Positions 1 through 15,937 are shown, counted from the first letter of the stretch. The stretch is DNA of 64,000 nt from Actinomycetales bacterium (GCA_038204895.1 JBBRCL010000006.1:6078-70077), one strand, 5' to 3'. Numbers and translations are program-made. Notes: generated by a model not told the origin, from the letters alone.

Positions 1-1
1 C

Positions 2-853
2 CTGATGCGGCGCGCCCTGGAGTACGTGAAGGCGTTCGACGGCGTGATCGCCCAGCACGCGCAGGAGCCGCGCCTGACCCGCGGGGCACAGATGCACGAG
101 GGCGTCGTCTCGGCCGAGATCGGCCTGACCGGATGGCCGGCGGTGGCTGAGGAGGCGATCGTTGCCCGGGACGTCCTGCTGGCCCAGCACGTCGGGTCGC
201 GGCTGCACGTGCTGCACGTGTCCACCGCGGGTTCGGTCGACCTGATCCGGTGGGCGAAGTCCCGCGGCATCTGCGTGACGGCCGAGGCGACGCCGCACCA
301 CCTGATGCTCACCGACGAGCTGGCGCGCAGCTACGACCCCCTGTTCAAGGTCAACCCGCCGCTGCGGACCGCCGACGACGTCGAAGCGCTGCGGGCCGGT
401 CTGGCTGACGGGACGATCGACGTCGTGGGAACCGACCATGCCCCGCACAGCCGGGAGAACAAGGACTGCGAGTGGGCAGCCGGTGCCTTCGGCATGCTCG
501 GGCTGGAGACGGCACTGAGCGTCGTCGCGACGCTGATGGTCGACACCGGGCGGATGAGCTGGGCGGACGTCGCGCGCGTGATGTCGGTGGCCCCCGCGCG
601 GATCGGTCGGGTGGACGACGGGCCGTTCGCCCATGGCCGCCCGCTGGTGGTGGGGGAGCCGGCGAACGTGGTCCTGATCGATCCGGCCACCCGCTGGACC
701 GTCGACCCGTCGGCTCTGTGGAGCTTGAGCAAGAACACGCCGTACGGCGGCCGGGAGCTCACCGGTCGGGTGGTGGCGACCTTCCTGCGCGGTCATCCGA
801 CAGTCCTGGACAGCCGCCCGGCGACGCCCGTCGGCGGGGGAGCTGCCCGGTGA
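2..853 (+). CDS. pyrC: Dihydroorotase, 5'-truncated by window edge
   Basis: [31 protein letters not shown] motifs; upstream of carAB. Confidence 0.95.
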   Translation: MMRRALEYVKAFDGVIAQHAQEPRLTRGAQMHEGVVSAEIGLTGWPAVAEEAIVARDVLLAQHVGSRLHVLHVSTAGSVDLIRWAKSRGICVTAEATPHHLMLTDELARSYDPLFKVNPPLRTADDVEALRAGLADGTIDVVGTDHAPHSRENKDCEWAAGAFGMLGLETALSVVATLMVDTGRMSWADVARVMSVAPARIGRVDDGPFAHGRPLVVGEPANVVLIDPATRWTVDPSALWSLSKNTPYGGRELTGRVVATFLRGHPTVLDSRPATPVGGGAAR

Positions 854-1365
854 CCCGCACGGGGCTCGGCATCGGTGTCCTGGTCCTGATCACGGTGGTC
901 GCACTGATCGCGATGCGCCACGGATGGTCTCGTCGAGCGCGGTGGTCGGAGTCGGCGCTGCCGAGCCTGCCCGAGGTCCCTGCCGAGCGCGGGTCGATCC
1001 GGTTCGGGCCGGTCGCGGCGACGTACCTGTCGAGCACCCTGGCCGGCCGCCCGCTGGAGCGTCTGGCCGTGCACGGCCTTGGCGTGCGATCACCGGCGGC
1101 CGTCGAGGTGGACGACGCCGGAGTGCTGGTCCGGCGGACCGGGAGCGCCGACCTCCACCTGCCCGCCTCGGCCGTCCTGCACGTCACCACGGCCGGCGGG
1201 ATCGCGGGGACCGCAGTCGGCCGGGCACGACTGGTGCTGATCGGCTGGCAGGCGGGCGAGACGGTGGTCGAGACCGGCCTGCTGCCGCGACACGACGGCG
1301 ACCGCGCGGGCCTGATCGAGGCGGTCCGCGCCGTGATGGCGCATATGAGGGAGGACGACAGATGA
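850..1365 (+). CDS. Conserved membrane-anchored protein of the actinobacterial pyr operon (Rv1382-like)
   Basis: GTG850 overlaps pyrC stop; N-terminal TM then PH-like domain; conserved position pyrC-X-carA. Confidence 0.8.
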   Translation: MTRTGLGIGVLVLITVVALIAMRHGWSRRARWSESALPSLPEVPAERGSIRFGPVAATYLSSTLAGRPLERLAVHGLGVRSPAAVEVDDAGVLVRRTGSADLHLPASAVLHVTTAGGIAGTAVGRARLVLIGWQAGETVVETGLLPRHDGDRAGLIEAVRAVMAHMREDDR

Positions 1366-2601
1366 ACGGGCAGACAGCCGTCCTGGTGCTCGAGGACGGC
1401 CGGACCTTCACCGGCCAGGTGCTCGGGGCCACCGGGAGCACGGTCGGCGAGATCGTCTTCAGCACCGGGATGACCGGGTATCAGGAGACCCTAACCGACC
1501 CCTCGTACCATCGGCAGATCGTGGTGATGACGGCCCCGCACATCGGGAACACCGGGATGAACGAGGAGGACCCCGAGTCGACCCGGATCTGGGTCGCCGG
1601 CTACGTCGTGCGCGACCCCGCGATCCGCCCCTCCAGCTGGCGGTCGACGCGCAGCCTTGCCGAGGCGCTCGAGGCCGAGGGGATCGTCGGGATCAGCGAC
1701 ATCGACACCCGCGCCCTGACCCGCCACCTGCGGGAACGCGGTGTGATGCGAGCCGGCATCTTCTCCGGCGACGGGCTGGTCGACGGGTCCGGACGTCGTC
1801 GGGTGGAGCAGGACCTGTTGGACGTCGTCACGGCTTCGCCGGTGATGAGCGGTGCCGACCTGGCTCGGGAGGTCACGGTCGCCGAGCCGTACACCGTCCA
1901 GCCGCTGCGCGGTCCCGCGAGCGGCACCGAACCGGTCGCAACGGTGGTCGCCGTCGACCTGGGGATCAAGTCCATGACGCCGCACCGGCTGGCCGAGCGT
2001 GGCGTCCGCACGCACGTGGTCCCGGCCGGTACGACGGTGCAGGAGGTGCTGGCACTGGCCCCTGACGGCGTCTTCTTCTCCAACGGCCCGGGCGACCCTG
2101 CGGCCGCCGTGCACGAGGTCGAGCTGCTGCGCGGGGTGCTGGACCGGCGGATCCCGTTCTTCGGCATCTGCTACGGCCACCAGCTGCTCGGCCGGGCACT
2201 GGGCTTCGGCACCTACAAGCTGACGTACGGGCACCGCGGCGTGAACCAGCCGGTGCTGGACCGGCGCACCAAGAAGGTGGAGATCACGGCCCACAACCAC
2301 GGCTTCGCGGTGGACGCACCGATCGACCACGACGCCGTCGCGCCGTGCGACGGCGGCCGGTACGGGCGCGTCACCGTGTCCCACGTCGCCCTGAACGACG
2401 GCGTCGTCGAGGGTCTTGAGTGCCTGGATCTGCCGGCCTTCTCCGTGCAGTACCACCCAGAGGCCGCCGCCGGTCCGCATGACGCCGACTACCTGTTCGA
2501 CAGGTTCATCGAGCTGATGGCCTCCGGTCGGACCCACCGGCCCCCCGGGACCCACGACGGCTTCGCTCCGGCCACCACCCCGCGCACCGCCGAGGAGTCC
2601 G

Positions 2602-2618
<17 letters not shown>
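1362..2618 (+). CDS. carA: Carbamoyl-phosphate synthase small subunit
   Basis: [26 protein letters not shown]; ATG overlaps upstream TGA. Confidence 0.97.
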
Positions 2619-5939
<3,321 letters not shown>

Positions 5940-5943
<4 letters not shown>

Positions 5944-6827
5944 GCACCGGTGCCGGGCGGGTGAGCAGCTTCGGTGACCGGCTCGCGGCCGCGATGGACG
6001 ACCTGGGGCCGCTGTGCGTGGGGATCGACCCGCACCCGGCGCTGCTGGCCTCCTGGGGCCTGCCGGACGACGTCGTCGGGCTGCGCCGGTTCGCGCTCAC
6101 CGTTGTCGAGGCGCTGGCCGGGAACGTCGCGGCACTCAAGCCGCAGTCGGCGTTCTTCGAGCGGCACGGCGCCGCGGGGATCGCGGTGCTGGAGGAGGTC
6201 CTGGCCGCTGGGCGGGCGGACGGCCGGACCCAGATGATCCTGGACGCCAAGCGGGGCGACATCGCCTCCACCATGGCCGGCTACGCCGACGCGTACCTGC
6301 GCGACGGCGCACCGCTGGCCTGCGATGCCCTCACCGTCAGTCCCTACCTGGGTGTCGGGTCACTGGAGCCGGCTGTGCGCGCCGCCCTTGCGTCCGGCCG
6401 CGGCCTGTTCGTGCTCGCACTCACCTCCAACCCCGAGGGGGCGAGCGTCCAGCACGCCATCGGCGCCGGCCCGGACGGGCCGGAGGCGGTGGCCGCGGCC
6501 GTCGCCCGGCAGGTGCGTGAGCTGAACGCGGCCGAGCTGGCCGGGGGTGGCCGGTTGGGTTCGCTGGGCCTCGTGGTGGGTGCCACCGTCGGGCCGGCGG
6601 TGCGCGACCTCGGCATCGAACTGGCGGCGGTCCGCGGTCCGCTGCTGGCCCCGGGCGTCGGGGCGCAGGGCGCGGGGCCGGCGCAGCTCCGCGAGGTGTT
6701 CGGGGCCGCCCGGCGGGCGGTGCTCGCCACGACGTCCCGCGCCGTGCTCGCGGCAGGTCCGGACATCGCCACGCTGGTCGGTGCGGCAGCAGGCGCCACC
6801 GCGGAAGCCGCGGCAGCACTGCGCTGA
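5940..6827 (+). CDS. pyrF: Orotidine-5'-phosphate decarboxylase
   Basis: [25 protein letters not shown]. Confidence 0.95.
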
Positions 6828-6851
6828 CCAGCAGGTTTTCTGGGCTGCGCG

Positions 6852-6881
6852 TTGCCGAGGGACGCTCCGGCTCGCTAGGTT
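6852..6881 (+). promoter_or_regulatory. Putative sigmaA promoter of mihF
   Basis: TTGCCG-N18-TAGGTT. Confidence 0.55.
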
Positions 6882-6923
6882 CAACCCGACCGCCAACGCC
6901 GTTCGTGAAGTAGGTGACCCCGC

Positions 6924-7235
6924 GTGGCTCTACCACCGTTGACCCCGGAACAGCGCGCCGCTGCACTGGAGAAGGCTGCCGCTGCCCGGCAGGCCCGAGC
7001 TGAGGTGAAGAACCGACTGAAGTACTCCCAGGGCTCGCTGGCCGAGGTGCTGGAGCAGGCGCGCGCGGACGACGTCCTTGGCAAGCTCAAGGTCTCGTCG
7101 CTCCTGGAGTCTCTCCCCGGCATCGGCAAGATCAAGGCGCGCGCCATCATGGCCGAGATCGGGATCTCCGAGACCCGACGGCTGAGGGGGCTCGGTCCGC
7201 ACCAGGCTCAGGCGCTCGTCGAGCGTTTCGGCTGA
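6924..7235 (+). CDS. mihF: Actinobacterial integration host factor (mIHF/sIHF)
   Basis: [29 protein letters not shown]...LPGIGKIKA; pyrF-mihF-gmk synteny. Confidence 0.96.
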   Translation: MALPPLTPEQRAAALEKAAAARQARAEVKNRLKYSQGSLAEVLEQARADDVLGKLKVSSLLESLPGIGKIKARAIMAEIGISETRRLRGLGPHQAQALVERFG

Positions 7236-7243
7236 GCGGCGAG

Positions 7244-7831
7244 TTGGCCGTCCCGCGCGAGTCCGGGCCCGGGGACTCCAGGCTCACGGTGCTGGCCGGT
7301 CCGACCGCGGTGGGCAAGGGGACGGTCTCGGCAGACGTCCGCACGCGGTATCCCGAGGTGTGGTTGTCGGTGTCGGCAACGACCCGGCCTCCGCGCGCCG
7401 GCGAGCTGGACGGTGTGCACTACCACTTCGTCGACGGGCCGACCTTCGACCGGATGATCGCCGACGGTGAGTTCCTGGAGTGGGCGGTCGTGCACGGCCG
7501 CAACCGGTACGGAACCCCCCGGAAGCCGGTGCTGCAGCGCCTGGCGGAGGGTCGGCCGACCCTCCTGGAGATCGATCTCGCCGGCGCTCGACAGGTCCGC
7601 GCCGCCGTGCCCGGCGCGAGGTTCGTCTTCCTCGCCCCGCCCAGCTGGGCCGAGCTCGAGCGGCGCCTCGTCGGCCGGGGCACCGAGGACCTGGCGGAGC
7701 GTGAACGGCGGCTCGCGACGGCGCGCGTCGAGCTCGCCGCTGCCGACGAGTTCGAGCACGTGATCGTCAACGACGACGTGCACCGGGCCACGGACGAGCT
7801 GATCTCCGGGATGGGACTGCGCACCCGGTAG
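7244..7831 (+). CDS. gmk: Guanylate kinase
   Basis: [10 protein letters not shown]-loop, [21 protein letters not shown]. Confidence 0.96.
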   Translation: MAVPRESGPGDSRLTVLAGPTAVGKGTVSADVRTRYPEVWLSVSATTRPPRAGELDGVHYHFVDGPTFDRMIADGEFLEWAVVHGRNRYGTPRKPVLQRLAEGRPTLLEIDLAGARQVRAAVPGARFVFLAPPSWAELERRLVGRGTEDLAERERRLATARVELAAADEFEHVIVNDDVHRATDELISGMGLRTR

Positions 7832-7834
7832 ACT
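7829..7834 (+). promoter_or_regulatory. Putative -10 (TAGACT) for rpoZ overlapping gmk stop
   Basis: TAGACT about 90 bp upstream of rpoZ ATG. Confidence 0.45.
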
Positions 7835-7921
7835 GATGCGGTTCGCCTCGGCCCACCTGGCCGACCGCCGCCCGGGACGCCCAGGCGGCCACCGACCACT
7901 CGATCACGGAGCTGCGCACAC

Positions 7922-8185
7922 ATGTCCGGAACAGTTGCATCGCCCGAGGGCATCACCGACCCGCCCATCGACGAGCTCCTCACCGCTGCGGAGTCCAAGT
8001 ACGCCCTGGTGATCTACGCGGCCAAGCGCGCCCGGCAGATCAACGCCTACTACTCCCAGCTGAACGAAGGCCTGCTCGAGTACGTCGGCCCACTGGTGGA
8101 GGCCCGCCATCAGGAGAAGCCGTTGTCGATCGCGCTGCGGGAGATCAACGCCGGCCTGCTGACCATCCAGCCCACCGACGGCTGA
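7922..8185 (+). CDS. rpoZ: RNA polymerase omega subunit
   Basis: [46 protein letters not shown]. Confidence 0.97.
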   Translation: MSGTVASPEGITDPPIDELLTAAESKYALVIYAAKRARQINAYYSQLNEGLLEYVGPLVEARHQEKPLSIALREINAGLLTIQPTDG

Positions 8186-8195
8186 CCCACCACCC

Positions 8196-9389
8196 GTGCG
8201 CATCCTGCTCGGTGTCTGCGGGGGCATCGCCGCCTACAAGTCGGCGGGCCTGCTGCGGCTGTTCACCGAGGCGGGGCACGACGTGCGGGTGGTGCCCACC
8301 CGGTCGTCCCTCGAGTTCGTCGGGCGTGCCACCTGGGAGGCGCTGTCCGGTCATCCGGTGACCACCGGGGTGTTCGACAACGTCACCGCGGTCGAGCACG
8401 TCAGCCTTGGCCAGTCCGCGGACTTGGTGGTGGTCGCACCGACGACCGCCGACCTGCTGGCCCGTGCTGCCGCGGGGCGCGCCGACGACCTGCTGACCGC
8501 GTCCCTGCTGACCGCGCGTTGCCCGATCCTGCTGGTGCCTGCGATGCACACCGAGATGTGGCAGCACCCAGCGACCCGCGCCAACGTCGCCACCCTGCGT
8601 GGGCGAGGAGTGCACGTCCTGGAGCCCGACGTCGGGCGCCTCACCGGTGCGGACTCCGGGCCGGGTCGGCTGCCGGAGCCGACGGCGATCGCAGCGAGCG
8701 CGCTGGCCCTCGTCGCGCCGCAGGACCTGACCGGAAGGACTGTCGTGGTCTCGGCCGGCGGCACCCGGGAGCCGGTCGATCCGGTCCGTTTCCTCGGCAA
8801 CCGATCGACCGGCCGACAGGGAGTCGCGCTGGCGGCTGCCGCCCGGCGCCGCGGCGCCGACGTCGTGCTGGTCGCGGCGAACCTCGCCGTCGCGGCACCG
8901 CACGGAGTGACTGTCGTGCCGGTAGAGAGCGCAGCTGAGCTACGAACCGCCGTCCGGGCGGCTGCCGCCGATGCCGACGTCGTCGTGATGGCCGCGGCGG
9001 TGGCCGACTTCCGGCCCAGCGCACCGAGCGTGCACAAGATCAAGAAGTCCGACGCCGGTCCGGCGCCGATCGAGCTGACCGAGAACCCGGACGTGCTGGC
9101 CGAGCTGGCCGGTGACCGGCTGCGTCCGGGTCAGGTCGTCGTCGGCTTTGCCGCGGAGACCGGCGACGCAGCGGGCGATGTCCTGCACCACGGGCGCGCC
9201 AAGGCCCTCCGCAAGGGCGCCGACCTACTCGTGGTGAACGAGGTCGGGCCGGACCGCGGATTCGGCGTCGGGCACAACGAGGTGACCCTGTTGGACGTGC
9301 GCGGTGAGACCGTTGCCACCGCGGCCGGTACGAAGGATGAGGTCGCGGACGCGGTCTGGGACGCCGTCGTGCCGCTCCTGAACAGGTGA
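8196..9389 (+). CDS. coaBC: Bifunctional PPC decarboxylase/PPC synthetase
   Basis: [42 protein letters not shown]. Confidence 0.96.
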   Translation: MRILLGVCGGIAAYKSAGLLRLFTEAGHDVRVVPTRSSLEFVGRATWEALSGHPVTTGVFDNVTAVEHVSLGQSADLVVVAPTTADLLARAAAGRADDLLTASLLTARCPILLVPAMHTEMWQHPATRANVATLRGRGVHVLEPDVGRLTGADSGPGRLPEPTAIAASALALVAPQDLTGRTVVVSAGGTREPVDPVRFLGNRSTGRQGVALAAAARRRGADVVLVAANLAVAAPHGVTVVPVESAAELRTAVRAAAADADVVVMAAAVADFRPSAPSVHKIKKSDAGPAPIELTENPDVLAELAGDRLRPGQVVVGFAAETGDAAGDVLHHGRAKALRKGADLLVVNEVGPDRGFGVGHNEVTLLDVRGETVATAAGTKDEVADAVWDAVVPLLNR

Positions 9390-9424
9390 CGGGACGGGTC
9401 GCCGAAGCAAGTAGGCTGGCCGCC

Positions 9425-10627
9425 ATGACTGTGAGTTCCCACCGCTTGTTCACGTCCGAGTCCGTCACCGAGGGGCACCCGGACAAGGTCTGTGACCAGA
9501 TCTCCGACGGCATCCTTGACGCGATGATCGCCCAGGACCCGCACTCCCGCGTTGCGGTTGAGACCCTGGTCACCACCGGCCTCGTGCACGTCGCGGGCGA
9601 GGTGACCACCGAGGCGTACGTGGAGATCCCGCAGGTGGTGCGGGAGGTCCTGCACCGGATCGGCTACACCTCCTCCGAGATCGGCTTCGACGCCCAGTCG
9701 TGCGGGGTCTCGGTGTCCATCGGCCAGCAGTCGCCGGACATCGCGGTCGGCATCGACAAGGCGTGGGAGGTCCGCAACGACGCCGCGGACCTGGACCCGC
9801 TGGACGCGCAGGGGGCCGGTGACCAGGGCCTGATGTTCGGCTACGCCTGCGACGACACCCCGTCACTGATGCCGCTGCCGATCTGGATCGCGCATCGCCT
9901 GGCCGAGCGCCTCGCGATGGTGCGCAAGGAGGGCACGCTCGACTACCTGCGGCCGGACGGCAAGACCCAGGTCACGATCGCGTACGAGGGCGACCGCCCG
10001 GTGCACCTGGAGACCGTTGTCGTCTCCACCCAGCATGCCCCGGATGTCTCCCTTGAGTCCCAGCTGGCCCCTGAGGTCGCCGAGCACGTCGTGGCGCCGG
10101 TGCTGAGCGAGCTGGACCTGGACATCACCGGCCACCGGTTGCTGGTGAACCCCACCGGCGTCTTCGTGATCGGCGGCCCGCGGGGCGACGCCGGCGTGAC
10201 CGGCCGCAAGATCATCGTGGACACCTACGGCGGCATGGCGCGCCATGGTGGCGGCGCGTTCTCCGGCAAGGACCCCTCGAAGGTCGACCGGTCCGGGGCG
10301 TACGCGGTGCGCTGGGTCGCGAAGAACGTCGTCGCCGCCGGGTTGGCCCGCCGTTGCGAGATCCAGGTCGCGTACGCGATCGGCGCGTCGCACCCGGTGG
10401 GGCTGTACGTGGAGACGTTCGGCACCGAGACGGTGCCGGTCGACCGGCTCACCGCGGCGATCCGCGAGGTCTTCGACCTGCGCCCGGCCGCCATCGTGCG
10501 GGACCTTGACCTGCTGCGGCCGATCTACTCGCGCACCGCCGCCTACGGGCACTTCGGGCGCGAGCTGGCGGACTTCACCTGGGAGCGGACCGACCGGATC
10601 CTGGACCTGCACTCCGCGCTGGGCTGA
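9425..10627 (+). CDS. metK: S-adenosylmethionine synthetase
   Basis: [35 protein letters not shown]; start ATG9425 chosen because TAGGCT lies 7 nt upstream. Confidence 0.97.
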   Translation: MTVSSHRLFTSESVTEGHPDKVCDQISDGILDAMIAQDPHSRVAVETLVTTGLVHVAGEVTTEAYVEIPQVVREVLHRIGYTSSEIGFDAQSCGVSVSIGQQSPDIAVGIDKAWEVRNDAADLDPLDAQGAGDQGLMFGYACDDTPSLMPLPIWIAHRLAERLAMVRKEGTLDYLRPDGKTQVTIAYEGDRPVHLETVVVSTQHAPDVSLESQLAPEVAEHVVAPVLSELDLDITGHRLLVNPTGVFVIGGPRGDAGVTGRKIIVDTYGGMARHGGGAFSGKDPSKVDRSGAYAVRWVAKNVVAAGLARRCEIQVAYAIGASHPVGLYVETFGTETVPVDRLTAAIREVFDLRPAAIVRDLDLLRPIYSRTAAYGHFGRELADFTWERTDRILDLHSALG

Positions 10628-10679
10628 CCTGCCCTGTGCACAGCGGCCGGTCGTCGGCGCGCCGTGATGGGATGGGCCC

Positions 10680-12794
10680 GTGGACCTGATCGCGGAGCAG
10701 CCGGCGCTGGCCGGTCTCGCGCCGCGACGGCGTCGTCGGCCGCCGGTTGAACCCCTGGCCGACGACCTGCCGGTGGCGCAGGTGGTGCTCGACCGACCGG
10801 TGCCGCACCTCGACCAGGTCTTCGACTATGCGGTTCCCGCGTCGATGGCCGCCTCCGCGCGGCCGGGGGTGCGGGTCCGCGTCCGGCTCGGGCGTCAGGA
10901 CGTCGACGGGTTCTGTGTCGGACGCCTGCCCGCGAGCGAGCACGACCTCATCCCGTTGCGGCGCGTCGTCTCCGAGGAGGTGGTGCTCGCGCCTGAGGTG
11001 CTCGAGCTCGCGCGCGCCGTCGCCCGGCGCTGGGTGGGCACACTCCCGGACGTGCTGCGGTTGGCCGTCCCGCCACGGCATGCGCGGGTGGAGGCGGACG
11101 TCGCCGCCGACCGCCACACCGACGACGTCGCGGCCGATCTGGCAGCCCCGGAGCCGCCAACCGAGGCGCCCCTGTGGGCCGACTACCGGGGCGGACCGGC
11201 GTTCCTCCGGCGGCTCGCCGAGGGTCAGGCGCCCCGAGCGGTGTGGCAGGCGTTGCCCGGACCGACCGGTCACACCTGGGCGGACAGCGTCGCCGAGGCG
11301 GTGGGTGTCGTCGTGGCCGCCGGCCGGGGCGCGCTGGTGGTCGCCCCCTCCGCAACGGAGCTCGCCGCGCTGGAGCACGCCCTGGTGCCCGTGCTGCCGC
11401 GCTGGGAGCCCGGTACGGAGGGTGGTTGGGTGCGGTTGTCCGCCGACGACGGTCCGGCCCAGCGGTACCGCGCCTTCCTCGCCGTCGCGCGCGGCCAGGC
11501 GTCGGTGGTGATCGGCACGCGGGCGGCCGCATTCGCCCCGGTGGCCGACCTGGGGTTGGCGATCTGCTGGGACGACGCGCACGATCTGCATGCCGAGCCG
11601 CGGGCGCCCTACCCCCACGTGCGGGACGTGCTGGCGCTGCGCTCGGAGCAGCAGGGCTGCGCCCTCCTGGTGGGCGGGTTCATCCGCTCGGTTGCCGCAC
11701 AGCGGTGGGTGGCAGCGGGATGGGCGCACCCGGTGGTGGCCACCCGGGAGGTGGTCCGTCGGCGCACCCCACGGGTCACGGCACTGACCTCTGTCGAACT
11801 CGCCCGGGAGGGGCCCGCCGCGGCCGCGCGCCTCCCCGGCCCTGCGTGGCGCGCCACGCGTGATGCCCTCGAGCGGGGGCCGGTGCTGGTCCAGGTGCCC
11901 CGCGCGGGGTACCTGCCTGCCGTCGCATGCGGCACGTGCCGGACCTTGGCGCGGTGCGGTGCGTGTGCGGGACCGCTGCAGATCGCCGCGCCCGGTGCCG
12001 CACCTGCGTGCCGCTGGTGCGGCCGGGTGGCCACCGAGTGGCGCTGTCCGGAGTGCAACGGCGTGGCACTGCGGTCGGTCCGGGTCGGGTCGGACCGGAC
12101 GGCGGAGGAGCTCGGCCGGGCGTTCCCGGGGGTTCCGGTGTGGGTCTCCGGTGCGGCACCCGGTGTCCTGGTGACGGTGCCGGACCGGCCCGCGTTGGTG
12201 GTCGCGACACCCGGAGCCGAGCCGACGGCGGCGGGCGGCTATGCCGCGGCGCTGCTGCTCGACGCCGCGGTGGTGACCTCTCGGCCCGCGCTCGACGTCG
12301 CGGAGCAGGCGCTGCGCAGCTGGATGGCGGCGGCCAGCCTTGTCCGTCCGGCGGACGCCGGAGGCGTCGTCCTGCTCGTTGGCGATGCCGCCCCGGTGCC
12401 CAGCCAGGCGTTGGTCAGGTGGGATCCGGCGGGCCTGGCCGAGCGCGAGCTCGCCGAGCGCACCGAGCTGAGCCTGCCGCCTGCGGTTCACGTGGCGGTC
12501 GTGGAGGGCACCCGGGATGCCGTGAGCGGCCTGCTTGCCCGTGCCGGGCTGCCGGCCGCTGCTCAGGTGGTCGGCCCAACGCCGGTAGACCGCCCCGGCG
12601 ACGGGCCCCGTGAGCCGTCGACATCGCCGCTGCTGGTCGAGCCCGAGGGGGAGCGGCAGGTCAGGGCGCTCGTCCGGACCCGGTGGCGGTGGTCCGCCGA
12701 CGTGACGGACGGCCTCGCCGCCGCGATCGCGATCCGCAGCGCGCGGCGTGAGGCGCCGGTGCGGGTGCGGATGGAACCGCCGGAGGTGTGGTGA
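10680..12794 (+). CDS. priA: Primosomal protein N' (actinobacterial type, no Walker A)
   Basis: FDYAVP, VIGTRAAAFAP, four CxxC pairs, RVGSDRTAEEL; metK-priA-fmt synteny. Confidence 0.93.
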   Translation: MDLIAEQPALAGLAPRRRRRPPVEPLADDLPVAQVVLDRPVPHLDQVFDYAVPASMAASARPGVRVRVRLGRQDVDGFCVGRLPASEHDLIPLRRVVSEEVVLAPEVLELARAVARRWVGTLPDVLRLAVPPRHARVEADVAADRHTDDVAADLAAPEPPTEAPLWADYRGGPAFLRRLAEGQAPRAVWQALPGPTGHTWADSVAEAVGVVVAAGRGALVVAPSATELAALEHALVPVLPRWEPGTEGGWVRLSADDGPAQRYRAFLAVARGQASVVIGTRAAAFAPVADLGLAICWDDAHDLHAEPRAPYPHVRDVLALRSEQQGCALLVGGFIRSVAAQRWVAAGWAHPVVATREVVRRRTPRVTALTSVELAREGPAAAARLPGPAWRATRDALERGPVLVQVPRAGYLPAVACGTCRTLARCGACAGPLQIAAPGAAPACRWCGRVATEWRCPECNGVALRSVRVGSDRTAEELGRAFPGVPVWVSGAAPGVLVTVPDRPALVVATPGAEPTAAGGYAAALLLDAAVVTSRPALDVAEQALRSWMAAASLVRPADAGGVVLLVGDAAPVPSQALVRWDPAGLAERELAERTELSLPPAVHVAVVEGTRDAVSGLLARAGLPAAAQVVGPTPVDRPGDGPREPSTSPLLVEPEGERQVRALVRTRWRWSADVTDGLAAAIAIRSARREAPVRVRMEPPEVW

Positions 12795-13426
12795 CCGGCG
12801 AGCGTCTCGTGGACGCGGTGCTGTTCGATCTCGGCAACGTGCTGGTTGGGTGGGACCCATTCCTGCCCTACCAGGGCCGCTGCCCCCGTGCCCAGGTGGA
12901 GCGGTTCTTCACGACGATCGACTTCATGGCGTTCAACCACGAGCAGGACGCCGGCCGCGCGTGGGCCGATGCGCGGGAGGCGCTGGCTCGTGCGCACCCC
13001 GAGTACGTGCCCATGCTCGACGTCTACATCGCGCACTTCGCCGACTCGGTCACGGGGGACCTGCCGGGGGCGGCGCCACTGGTCGCCGACGTCAAGGCAG
13101 CTGGCGTGCAGACGTTCGGCCTGACGAACTGGTCGGCGGAGACCTTCCACGTTGCGCTGCAGAAGACCACGGTGGTCGGGACCCTGACCGACGTCGTCGT
13201 CTCCGGACGGGAGAAGATCGCCAAGCCTGACGCGCGAGTCTTCGACCTTGCGGTCAGCAGGTTCGGCCTAGACCCGTCCCGGACGCTCTTCACCGATGAC
13301 GCCGAGCAGAACACCCGCGTGGCCGCCGGGCGGGGCTTCCGCACCCATCACTTCCAGGGACCGGCGGGTCTGCGCGCCCAGCTGCGCGCGCTCGGGGTCG
13401 ACGTGCCGGTGGAGGCCGCCACCTAG
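12788..13426 (+). CDS. HAD-superfamily hydrolase
   Basis: FDLGNVL motif I, LTNWS, AKPD, FTDD. Confidence 0.88.
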   Translation: MVTGERLVDAVLFDLGNVLVGWDPFLPYQGRCPRAQVERFFTTIDFMAFNHEQDAGRAWADAREALARAHPEYVPMLDVYIAHFADSVTGDLPGAAPLVADVKAAGVQTFGLTNWSAETFHVALQKTTVVGTLTDVVVSGREKIAKPDARVFDLAVSRFGLDPSRTLFTDDAEQNTRVAAGRGFRTHHFQGPAGLRAQLRALGVDVPVEAAT

Positions 13427-13436
13427 GATCAGGGCC

Positions 13437-14369
13437 ATGCGCGTGCTGTTCGCCGGGACTCCCGAGGTCGCCCTGCCGTCCCTTGAGGCGCTGCTCGGCT
13501 CCCGCCACGAAGTGGTGGCCGTGCTCACCCGGCCGGATGCGCCGACCGGCCGCGGACGGCACTTCCGGTCGAGCCCGGTGAAGGCACGCGCGGAGGCGGC
13601 CGGCGTGCCGGTCCTTGCTCCGCGGAACCTGCGGGACCCTGACGTGGTGGCAAGCCTGGCGGCACTGGACATGGAGTGCGCCGCGGTGGTCGCGTACGGG
13701 GCCCTGCTGTCGGTGACGGTGCTGGACCTGCCGCAGCACGGCTGGGTCAACCTGCACTTCTCCCTGCTGCCGGCCTGGCGAGGTGCCGCGCCGGTGCAGC
13801 ACGCCATCCTGCACGGCGACGAGGTCACGGGCGCCACGACGTTCCAGATCACCGAGGGCCTCGACGAGGGTGGCGTCTTCGGCACCCTGACCGAGGAGAT
13901 CCGGCCGCAGGACACCGCAGGCGACCTGCTGGGCCGGCTCGCGACCAGCGGGTCCGGCCTGCTCCTTGCCACGCTCGACGGCATCGCCGACGGCATCCTG
14001 GCAGCCGTGCCGCAGCCGCCGGACGGGATCAGCCACGCCTCTCGGCTGACCGTCGATGACGGACGGGTGCGGTGGGAGCACCCCGCGATGGCCGTCGACC
14101 GACGCATCCGGGCCTGCACCCCGGCGCCCGGCGCCTGGACCACCGCTCCGGACGGCGCCCGGCTCAAGCTCGGGCCGGTGCGCACCCGGCCGGACCTGGC
14201 CCTCGCCCCCGGCGAGCTGCGGGTGGACCGGCACGAGGTGCTCGTGGGCACCGGAACCCACGCGGTCGTGCTCGGCGACGTCGCGGCGGCCGGCAAGCGG
14301 ATGATGCCGGCGGCGGACTGGGCGCGTGGCGCGCGGCTGCCCGACGGCAGCCGACTGGGCGCGCAGTGA
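13437..14369 (+). CDS. fmt: Methionyl-tRNA formyltransferase
   Basis: [29 protein letters not shown]; TAGGAT 7 nt upstream. Confidence 0.97.
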   Translation: MRVLFAGTPEVALPSLEALLGSRHEVVAVLTRPDAPTGRGRHFRSSPVKARAEAAGVPVLAPRNLRDPDVVASLAALDMECAAVVAYGALLSVTVLDLPQHGWVNLHFSLLPAWRGAAPVQHAILHGDEVTGATTFQITEGLDEGGVFGTLTEEIRPQDTAGDLLGRLATSGSGLLLATLDGIADGILAAVPQPPDGISHASRLTVDDGRVRWEHPAMAVDRRIRACTPAPGAWTTAPDGARLKLGPVRTRPDLALAPGELRVDRHEVLVGTGTHAVVLGDVAAAGKRMMPAADWARGARLPDGSRLGAQ

Positions 14370-15937
14370 GCGCCGACCGGCACGGCCGGCGTGAGGGACC
14401 GCACGAGGGCGAGCGGAGCGGCCCAGCCGCCTCCGGCGGTCGTCAGAGCGCGCAGGGCTCGTCGGCGGGTCGGGACCGGTCCGGGCGGGAGCGCGGACCG
14501 GCTCGCGCCTCCGGCCGCCCGGGGGCCCGCACCGAGCAGGCTCCGTCCCAGCGCCGGCGGGGTGGTGACCCGGCGCGCACCGCGGCCTTCGACGTCCTCC
14601 GGGAGGTCGCGGAGTCCGACGCGTACGCCAACCTCGTCCTGCCGCCCCTGCTCCGGCGTCGTGGCATCACCGGCCGCGACGCGGCGTTCGCCACCGAGCT
14701 CGCGTACGGCACGCTGCGGTTGCGTGGCAGGTACGACGCCGTCGTCGCGCTGACCGCCGACCGTCCGGTGGAGGCGGTGGACCCGCCCGTCCTTGACGTC
14801 CTGCGGCTCGGCGTCCACCAGCTGCTCAGCATGCGGGTGCCGGCGCACGCGGCGGTCTCGGAGACCGTCGCGCTGGCCCGGTCGACGGTCGGTGCCGGGG
14901 CAGCTCAGTTCGTCAACGCCGTGCTGCGCCGGGTGTCGGTGGACTCCCCGGACGACTGGACGGCCCGGATCACCGAGGCGGCGGGTCCCGACCAGACGGC
15001 GCGTCTTGCGGTCGTGCACAGCCACCCGGCCTGGATCGTCCGAGCCCTGCGCCAGGCGCTGGTCGCCGACGGACGGGCCGCAGAGGAGCTCATCCAGCTG
15101 CTCGCCGCCGACAACGCCGCACCGTTGGTGACCCTGGTGGCCCGCCCCGGCCTGGTGTCCGCAGAGGACCTGCTGCGGGATGTCGCCGGCTCGACGAGGG
15201 GCAGGTGGGCCCCGACAGCGGTCACCGTTCCCGGCGGAGACCCGGCCGCCATCGGCGCTGTGCAGCAGGCCAGGGCCGGCGTGCAGGACGAGGGCAGCCA
15301 GCTGGTCGCCCTGGCCCTGGCCGCGGTCGACGTCGGCGACGCAGACCGGCGGTGGCTGGATCTGGCGGCCGGGCCTGGGGGCAAGTTCGCCCTGCTCGGC
15401 GCGGTGGCGGTCAACCGCGGCGCGCACGTCGTGGCGACGGAGATCCAGCCGCACCGTGCCCTGCTCGTCGAGCGGTCCGTCGCCGCGTTGCCCGAGGGAA
15501 CCGTCGAGGTGCGCTGCGCGGACGGCCGCGATGTCGGTGCGGTCGAACCGGCCTCGTACGACCGGGTGCTGGTCGACGCACCGTGCACGGGCCTCGGGGC
15601 GCTTCGACGGCGACCGGAGTCCCGGTGGCGGCGCAGCCCGGAGGACTTGTCTCCGCTGACCCAGCTGCAACGGGAGCTCCTGGGCTCCGCGCTGGACGCG
15701 GTGCGTCCCGGTGGCGTGGTGGCATACGTCACCTGCTCACCGCACGTCGCCGAGACCAGCCTCGTGGTCGGCGACGTGCTCCGGGGGCGTGCCGACGTCG
15801 AGCAGCTGGATGCACGGGAGGCGGTGCGCGCAGTGGCGGGCGACGCCATCCCGTTGGGGGACGGGCCCGCGGTCCAGCTCTGGCCGCACGTGCACGGCAC
15901 GGATGCGATGCACCTGGCCCTGCTGCGCCGGCACTGA
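14366..15937 (+). CDS. rsmB: 16S rRNA m5C967 methyltransferase RsmB/Sun with NusB-like domain
   Basis: [41 protein letters not shown]; Gly/Arg-rich N-extension. Confidence 0.93.
   Translation: MSADRHGRREGPHEGERSGPAASGGRQSAQGSSAGRDRSGRERGPARASGRPGARTEQAPSQRRRGGDPARTAAFDVLREVAESDAYANLVLPPLLRRRGITGRDAAFATELAYGTLRLRGRYDAVVALTADRPVEAVDPPVLDVLRLGVHQLLSMRVPAHAAVSETVALARSTVGAGAAQFVNAVLRRVSVDSPDDWTARITEAAGPDQTARLAVVHSHPAWIVRALRQALVADGRAAEELIQLLAADNAAPLVTLVARPGLVSAEDLLRDVAGSTRGRWAPTAVTVPGGDPAAIGAVQQARAGVQDEGSQLVALALAAVDVGDADRRWLDLAAGPGGKFALLGAVAVNRGAHVVATEIQPHRALLVERSVAALPEGTVEVRCADGRDVGAVEPASYDRVLVDAPCTGLGALRRRPESRWRRSPEDLSPLTQLQRELLGSALDAVRPGGVVAYVTCSPHVAETSLVVGDVLRGRADVEQLDAREAVRAVAGDAIPLGDGPAVQLWPHVHGTDAMHLALLRRH

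Noticed and set aside
10680-12794. PriA lacking Walker A
   Set aside because: Known feature of actinobacterial PriA
14366-14580. Gly/Arg/Ser-rich RsmB N-extension
   Set aside because: Low-complexity extensions are common in this group
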